The position numbers and the translations under genes are program-made. From Dehalococcoidia bacterium (GTDB lineage Bacteria; Chloroflexota; Dehalococcoidia; UBA6926), in assembly GCA_963666115.2 (NCBI GenBank), contig CAXXET010000007.1:128001-192000 (forward strand): 64,000 nt of DNA, in the 5' to 3' direction. Under the pieces are notes generated by a model. It was not told the DNA's origin and did no database searches. It saw only the letters and a list, made by a program, of their open reading frames with translations. Below, in pieces: positions 58,193 through 64,000 of this stretch. Each line of letters starts with the position of its first letter. The first letter of the stretch is position 1.

Positions 58193-58374
58193 GGATTAGG
58201 CACTCCCCAGGCAGGATTTTTGTGATACGCATCAATACGAAACGGTACACGCCGCCAAGAGTCGGTGTCAATCCCCATTTCGGACGCGCCGAGAGCCGTT
58301 AAGCGCGTGCCCACCACGCGGACGGCAGGCGCGGGGAGTTGTGCCAAAATTCACACAGTAGAATCGAAATGGGT

Positions 58375-58743
58375 TCAGACCCAGAACGGGGGGCGGCGCA
58401 CAGACTCGACGTACATGCCGAGCGGCCTCCCGCCCAGGAGATGAAGGTGCGCGTGGGGCTGCGATTGCATGCCGTCCTCGCCGAAATTGGAGAGGATACG
58501 GAATCCGCCCGGCGCGTGCTGCTTGCCAAGCTCGACAGCGAGCGCCGATGCGCGCTCCATGTCCTCCTTCCAGAACTGCTCCTGCGTCTTGTGTTCTTTC
58601 GGGACGATGAGCAGTTGAACCGGCAGCCAGCGCAGGTGGTTGCGAAAGACGATCAGGGTCTCGTCCTCATACCAGATTTCGGCCGGTTCGCGGCCGGCGA
58701 TGATTTCACAGAAAACGCAGTAGGTTGGCGCAGCACCCGTCAT
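58375..58743 (-). CDS. HIT family protein
   Basis: YCVFCEI, QSQPHAHLHLLGG. Confidence 0.92.
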   Translation of the reverse strand: MTGAAPTYCVFCEIIAGREPAEIWYEDETLIVFRNHLRWLPVQLLIVPKEHKTQEQFWKEDMERASALAVELGKQHAPGGFRILSNFGEDGMQSQPHAHLHLLGGRPLGMYVESVRRPPFWV

Positions 58744-58752
58744 GCGACAAGT

Positions 58753-60174
58753 CTAACCGTGGACGCGCCGCGACCGCGACTCAGACATGGGCTGCGTGAC
58801 GTTGCGCCGCAGCAAGTAGTTGGGCACATCGATGTTAAAGGCGATGCTGAAACGCGGGTCGGCCAAGCGCGACGCTATACGGGGCTCATCCTGCGCCAGT
58901 TCATCGAGGGAGATGTTCATGGTCACGACGGTCGCGAGCCGCGCGTTGTAGCGGTAGTTGATGATCTGATACAGCTTCTCCTGCGCCCATGATGTCGTGG
59001 CATGCGCGCCCAAATCGTCAAGGGTCAGCAGTGGAATCGTCCTGACTCCCTCAAACAGTTCGTCATAGGAAACATCGCTTTGCGGGCCAAATGTGTACCG
59101 CAAGTGATCCAGCAAGTCCGGCACAACGACGAACAGTGTTGCGATCCCATTGGCGCGGCAGTGATTGGCGATGGCGGCGGCAAGGTGCGTCTTGCCCACG
59201 CCGTTGTCGCCGGTGAAAACAAGCCACCCGTCAGGCTGTTCCGCATAGCTCTGCGATGTCTTGATGGCTCCCTCAAGGCTCTGGCGTTGATGGCGGTCCA
59301 GGGAGTCATATTTCCGCGGATCGAAGTTCGCAAAGTCCATATCGGCGAAGCGCGGGAGGTCCAACGCGTCCGTCGCGCGGAGGCGGCTGCTGACTGCGCC
59401 GGTCGCGAGGACAGTCGCCACTCCCGGAGAGGTGAGCCTGCTGAGGAGCTGCGGTTCTATTTCCATGAGGGGTCTGCTGAGCGTAACGACGGTCGGGCGG
59501 CGCTCGATGAATCGCTGGTTCAAGACCTGAAAGAGCTTTTCCCGCGCCCACGGTGTTGCGGATTGAACGCCGAGGTCGTCCAGGATGAGCAGCGGCGCTT
59601 CCTTCACCTGCTCAAAGAGGGAGTCAAACGGTGTCTCAGCGTTCGGGGCGTATGCGGCACGCAGATAGTCAAGGAAATCCGGAACGGATACGAGCAAGGC
59701 AGGCAACCCATGGTGGATGGCGTCATTGGCGACGGCGGCAGCGAGACGGGTCTTTCCGCTGCCGGCGGGGCCGTGGAGGACGAGCCAGCCGTCCAGATCG
59801 GAGGCATATTTTCTGGCCCCGGCCAGCGCATCGGCATACGTGCCATGCCTCTCATTGCCAACCGACCGTTCCACTTCGGACTGCAGGGATTCAAAGGTAA
59901 CGTGGGCAAATGGCTCAAGCTGCCCATAGCGTTGCAGGCGGCGGAATCGCTCACTCTTGAGCTCTTCCGCGCGGCACACGCAGGGAATGAGCTTGCCGAA
60001 GTCCGGGTCGTCAAGGGGCAGTTCCCGGCTGACCCACCCCAAGCCGTCGCAGACGGGGCAGCGTTCGGCGTCCGGGACCGCGTCACGTTTGGGGACGTCA
60101 GCGCCAGCGGACGACCTGGCCGTATTCTCCTCCGCGATAGCGGTCCTTCGCAGGACGTCGCTGAGTCGTTCCAT
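58753..60174 (-). CDS. DnaC/IstB-like helicase loader with two ATPase domains
   Basis: CPVC..C.C; GPAGSGKT/LILDDLG and GDNGVGKT/LTLDDLG. Confidence 0.88.
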   Translation of the reverse strand: MERLSDVLRRTAIAEENTARSSAGADVPKRDAVPDAERCPVCDGLGWVSRELPLDDPDFGKLIPCVCRAEELKSERFRRLQRYGQLEPFAHVTFESLQSEVERSVGNERHGTYADALAGARKYASDLDGWLVLHGPAGSGKTRLAAAVANDAIHHGLPALLVSVPDFLDYLRAAYAPNAETPFDSLFEQVKEAPLLILDDLGVQSATPWAREKLFQVLNQRFIERRPTVVTLSRPLMEIEPQLLSRLTSPGVATVLATGAVSSRLRATDALDLPRFADMDFANFDPRKYDSLDRHQRQSLEGAIKTSQSYAEQPDGWLVFTGDNGVGKTHLAAAIANHCRANGIATLFVVVPDLLDHLRYTFGPQSDVSYDELFEGVRTIPLLTLDDLGAHATTSWAQEKLYQIINYRYNARLATVVTMNISLDELAQDEPRIASRLADPRFSIAFNIDVPNYLLRRNVTQPMSESRSRRVHG

Positions 60175-60781
60175 CTCCCCTACCCCTGTCTCTCCAGTTG
60201 CGAAGAATCGAGCGCACGTACGCCCAACGCCGCGCGTTCTGCGCTGCCGCTTCCTGAAAGGCCTCACGTATCCAGGCGGCTGGATATTCCTGCTCCGTCT
60301 CCGAAAGTTCCTGCGCGATGCCCGCTCCCGGAATCGGACCGATCGTGTCTTCGTAGAGCCGGAATATCTCGCCGGGCTGCGAGGACGGCTCCTCCGTTCG
60401 GGCTCTCACCCTCTTTGGCGACAATACGGCATCACCGGCCATGACCCGTTCGGCGGCCCGCCGTCCCTCAGAGTCATTCACAAAATACGCCGCGTCTCCA
60501 TCTTCGAGCCCAACTTCGAGGAACACGCCGGCGCGCACAAAGTCGGCCATGACAACAGCGCCGTCTGTCAGTTCCGTGAGTTCAGGCGCACCAGCCAGTT
60601 CACGAGCGGTGACGAAGCGAATTGCGCCCTTGCGGCTGCGGATGCGGCGCAGGACAACGAGGAATAGCTTGATCTCCTCGACGCTTGTCAGGCACGGGAG
60701 AATCTCCGCAAAGAACGCCTCCGGAACCGGAGTGGCCTGTGTGGGTGTGGGAAAGCCCTGAAAGGCGTCAATGTCACGCAT
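60098..60781 (-). CDS. DnaD domain protein
   Basis: IFRLYEDTIG..YPAAWIREAFQEA..RWAYVRSILRNW. Confidence 0.88.
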   Translation of the reverse strand: MRDIDAFQGFPTPTQATPVPEAFFAEILPCLTSVEEIKLFLVVLRRIRSRKGAIRFVTARELAGAPELTELTDGAVVMADFVRAGVFLEVGLEDGDAAYFVNDSEGRRAAERVMAGDAVLSPKRVRARTEEPSSQPGEIFRLYEDTIGPIPGAGIAQELSETEQEYPAAWIREAFQEAAAQNARRWAYVRSILRNWRDRGRGDGTTQRRPAKDRYRGGEYGQVVRWR

Positions 60782-60796
60782 GGCGGCTTGCTCGGC

Positions 60797-62194
60797 TCAC
60801 CCTGTCAAGTAGTAATCGTCCGGGCCGCCGCCGGCGCGGGCAGCATTGCGGAACGTGGTTGTCTGCTCTTCAAAGACGACCTGCATCCGACCCGTCGGTC
60901 CGTTCCGGTGCTTGGCAACGATGACATCTGCAATGCCGCGGGGATATTCCTGGTCGGGGTGCTGCCGCTCCCATTCCTCGCCGGTGAATACCATGTCCGG
61001 GCGGTAGAGGAACAGGACGACGTCCGCATCCTGCTCGATCGCGCCGCTCTCCCGCAGGTCGGACAGGAGCGGCTCATGGCGGGGGCGATTCTCAACCGCG
61101 CGGGAAAGCTGTGAAAGAGCCAGCACCGGGACGTTCAGATCGCGGGCGAGCGCCTTGAGCGAGCGCGAGATTTCGCTGATCTCCTGCACGCGGTTGCCAA
61201 AGAAATTCGCGCCGGACATCAGCTGCATGTAGTCCACCACGATGAGATCAAGCCCCTCTTCAAGGAAAAGCCGCCGCGCCTTGGAGCGAAGCGCGACGAC
61301 GCTCAGGTTGACCGAATCGTCGATGTAGAGGGGCAACTCGGCGAGCCGTCCGACGGCGTTCATGATTGCGCCCTCTTCGTAGTCGGTCCACATATGGGCC
61401 CGAATGCGCGTGGAGTTGATGCCGGACTCGCCTGCCAATAGGCGCTCCACGACCTGATCCGACGCCATTTCGAGGCTGAAGAACGCGACGATGCGGGGGC
61501 GTCCGTCCGGTCTTTGGGTCTGCGCGGCAGCCTTCGCGACGTTGAGGGCAAAGGCGCTCTTGCCGACGCCAGGGCGGGCAGCAAGGATGAGGAGGTCCGC
61601 GGCCTGAAACCCACCGCCAAGCTGGCGGTCAAGGTCGACAAAGCCGCTTTCGACGCCTCCGGCGCGGCCCCCGGCAGTTTGCTCACTATCTTCGACGTAT
61701 CTATCCAGGACATCCCGCAGCGCCTCAAGATCCCGCGTGGTCTGCCCAATCCGCATCCTGTAGAGCAGTTCTTCGGCCTTGCGGAGGGATTCTTCCTCAT
61801 CCTCCTCGGCGCGTGTTCCAATCCCCGCGATTTGGCCTCCCGCATCAATGAGACGGCGGTGGATGGAGAGCCGCCGAACGACGCGGGCATAGCTGTCCGC
61901 GTACACGGAGGTTGGGACAACGGCGATGAGGTGACTCAGGAAGGGGAGTCCGCCGACTTCTTCGAGCCGCTGCCGGCGGGAAAGCTCGTCCGCGACGCTT
62001 ATCTGACTGATGGGCTTGTTTTGCGTGAAAAGGGTTACGCAGGCTTCAAATATCCATGCGTGACGCTGCCGGTAAAAGTCATTCGGCTCCAGGATGATCT
62101 GAAGGCCCGGCACGGCCTCGCCGTCAATGAGCATTGAGCCGAGGACGGCTTCCTCCGCTTCATCGTCGTGTGGCGGCAGTTGTTCTGTGTACAC
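60797..62194 (-). CDS. dnaB: Replicative DNA helicase
   Basis: PPHDDEAEEAVLG, AARPGVGKS, FSLEM, DYMQL, LSQLSR, LRESGAIEQDAD, AKHRNGPTG. Confidence 0.97.
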   Translation of the reverse strand: MYTEQLPPHDDEAEEAVLGSMLIDGEAVPGLQIILEPNDFYRQRHAWIFEACVTLFTQNKPISQISVADELSRRQRLEEVGGLPFLSHLIAVVPTSVYADSYARVVRRLSIHRRLIDAGGQIAGIGTRAEEDEEESLRKAEELLYRMRIGQTTRDLEALRDVLDRYVEDSEQTAGGRAGGVESGFVDLDRQLGGGFQAADLLILAARPGVGKSAFALNVAKAAAQTQRPDGRPRIVAFFSLEMASDQVVERLLAGESGINSTRIRAHMWTDYEEGAIMNAVGRLAELPLYIDDSVNLSVVALRSKARRLFLEEGLDLIVVDYMQLMSGANFFGNRVQEISEISRSLKALARDLNVPVLALSQLSRAVENRPRHEPLLSDLRESGAIEQDADVVLFLYRPDMVFTGEEWERQHPDQEYPRGIADVIVAKHRNGPTGRMQVVFEEQTTTFRNAARAGGGPDDYYLTG

Positions 62195-62257
62195 AAAGCA
62201 CCCCGGCCCCGTCCCACGCGTCCACGCATGGCAAATCCGGACGGGTTTCCGAGTCCC

Positions 62258-62848
62258 TTACTCCTCTTCTTGACCCTCTTGGGGTTCGTCGTCGCCGTCC
62301 GCGGATTCTTCGGCGGCATCGTCAGAGGCTGGGGTGGTTTCATCGATTGCCGCATCGTCGCCCTCGTCCGCGCCCTCTTCGACGAGGGGAGGCGGCTCCG
62401 TTCCCTCCTGGTAGACGGTGATGGTGACGGAGGGAATCACATCCGGGGCAAGGCGAACAGGGGTCTGGTGGTGCCCGAGTTCGCGGATCGGCTGGGCAAG
62501 CTGGACGGCGCGACGATCAATCTCAACACCCATGGCCTCATTGACGGCGTCCGCAATCTCCGCAGACGTGACGCTGCCGTACAGGCGGCCCCCCGGGCCA
62601 ACACGCACAGGAATCAGCAGGCGCTCCTCAGAAAGCCGTTCACCGACGCTCTCCATCTCAAGGTTGAGCTTGGTGCGACGCTCGATTTCGGCCTTCTTGC
62701 GGGCGTCTGCGCGGGCCAGTTCCTGGGGAGTTGCCAGCACAGCCAAGCCCTTTGGGATGAGGAAGTTGCGGGCGTAGCCATCCTTGACATCGCGGACGTC
62801 CCCCGCGATGCCCAAGCCGGGCGCCTCATCGATCAGGACAACTTTCAT
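62258..62848 (-). CDS. rplI: 50S ribosomal protein L9
   Basis: VKDGYARNFLIPKGLA, GRLYGSVT. Confidence 0.96.
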   Translation of the reverse strand: MKVVLIDEAPGLGIAGDVRDVKDGYARNFLIPKGLAVLATPQELARADARKKAEIERRTKLNLEMESVGERLSEERLLIPVRVGPGGRLYGSVTSAEIADAVNEAMGVEIDRRAVQLAQPIRELGHHQTPVRLAPDVIPSVTITVYQEGTEPPPLVEEGADEGDDAAIDETTPASDDAAEESADGDDEPQEGQEEE

Positions 62849-62987
62849 CGGAGTTCCTTTCAACGAATAGTAGTACGTGCGTTCTTATCCGTCAAGCATT
62901 CCACCACGGCCTGATGGCCTGCGAGACGGCACACAAGAGATAAGGGTAGGGAACGGGGGCGGGTGACGGCAAGAGTTTGGCTGCGAG

Positions 62988-64000
62988 TTATCCACCAATT
63001 TGGGAGGCTAAAAGCCCGCTCTCCCATGCGTTTGCGGCCTCTGCGAGCGGCATATCAATGATGCCGGTGACGCGGAGCGCGTCGCCGCCCACTGCGCCGA
63101 TTTCGCGCATGGGCATGCCCCGCTCCTCACAGAGGTCACGGAGTTCCTCCAACTTCTCAGCCGCAGCGGAGATCACGATACGCGCCGGCGCTTCGCCGAA
63201 CAGGGCAGCGTCGATTCGGTCATGGTCATCGAGGACGAGGTCAAGGGACGCGCCGATGCCGCCGATGGCGCAGGATTCCGCCACGGCGACCGCCAGCCCG
63301 CCCTCCGACACGTCATGCGCCGATTTGATCAGTCTGTTGCCGATGGCATCCCGCACGAGGGACTGCACCCTCGCCTCTCCATCAAGATCAACGGTGGGTC
63401 GGCCGGCGACGACACCGTGAATCCGGGAGAGGTACTCGCTGCCCCCTAGCGCGGCAACAGGCAAGTCAGCGCTTGACGTGCCAAGCAGAACGATGCGATC
63501 CCCCTCCCCGACAAATCCCGCCCCGGCTCGCGCGGAGAGGTCGTCCAGCAGGCCGACCATGCCGACTGTCGGCGTGGGATCAATAGGGCCGTCGGCGGAT
63601 TCGTTGTACAGGCTGACGTTGCCGCTGATGACGGGGATGTCCAGGGCGCGGCAGGCATCGGCCATGCCGCGTATGGCCTGCTCAAACTGGTAGGCGATGG
63701 GCTCGCGCTCGGGGTTGCCGAAGTTGAGGCAGTCAGTGATTGCCAGCGGACGCGCGCCAACGCAAGAGAGGTTGCGGGCGGCTTCAATGACGGTAAGCGC
63801 CCCGCCGGCATACGGGTCCAGATAGCAGGCGCGTGGATTGACATCAATCGTAAGGGCAACGCCCTTGTTTGTTCCCTTGATGCGGAGGACGGCGGCGTCC
63901 GCTTGCCCAGGCGCCAGCACGGTATTGTTGCCAACCTGGTGGTCGTATTGGCGGTAGACAGCGCGCTTGCTGGCGAGGGAGGGAGCTGTGAGCATCCCGA
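62988..64000 (-). CDS. purL: Phosphoribosylformylglycinamidine synthase II (partial)
   Basis: YRQYDHQV, TDCLNFGNPE, SGNVSLYNE, AHDVSEGG, LFGE. Confidence 0.96.
   Translation of the reverse strand, partial: GMLTAPSLASKRAVYRQYDHQVGNNTVLAPGQADAAVLRIKGTNKGVALTIDVNPRACYLDPYAGGALTVIEAARNLSCVGARPLAITDCLNFGNPEREPIAYQFEQAIRGMADACRALDIPVISGNVSLYNESADGPIDPTPTVGMVGLLDDLSARAGAGFVGEGDRIVLLGTSSADLPVAALGGSEYLSRIHGVVAGRPTVDLDGEARVQSLVRDAIGNRLIKSAHDVSEGGLAVAVAESCAIGGIGASLDLVLDDHDRIDAALFGEAPARIVISAAAEKLEELRDLCEERGMPMREIGAVGGDALRVTGIIDMPLAEAANAWESGLLASQIGG

Overview
High-GC bacterial chromosome segment. The rplI-dnaB-dnaD-double dnaC block, the TPR gene, and the CoA-transferase, MMPL, Cache and DUF3179 content suggest Chloroflexota (Dehalococcoidia/SAR202-like); this placement is an inference. 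Core genes are rel/spoT, rpsT, tRNA-Leu(TAA), tRNA-Val(GAC), lysC, thrB, queG, pncB, hydantoinase A/B, an alternative complex III (ACIII) operon and partial purL. These are interrupted by small defence-like insertions (HNH, HigA, Mrr_N, NYN, a type II R-M pair, PD-(D/E)xK and TA-like genes), often bordered by short palindromic REP-like repeats. The strongest signal is one the ORF track splits: three in-frame TGA codons sit exactly at the first Cys of CxxC motifs, each followed by a SECIS-like hairpin. They define a DUF3179 selenolipoprotein (24301-25443) and a 422-aa lipoprotein with two tandem TlpA/thioredoxin domains, each with its own UxxC motif (28349-29617). A CarH-type B12-binding domain fused to an XRE HTH lies between them. 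Several genes carry single-base frameshifts that look like assembly errors. All family assignments come from motif recognition by eye; no searches were run.
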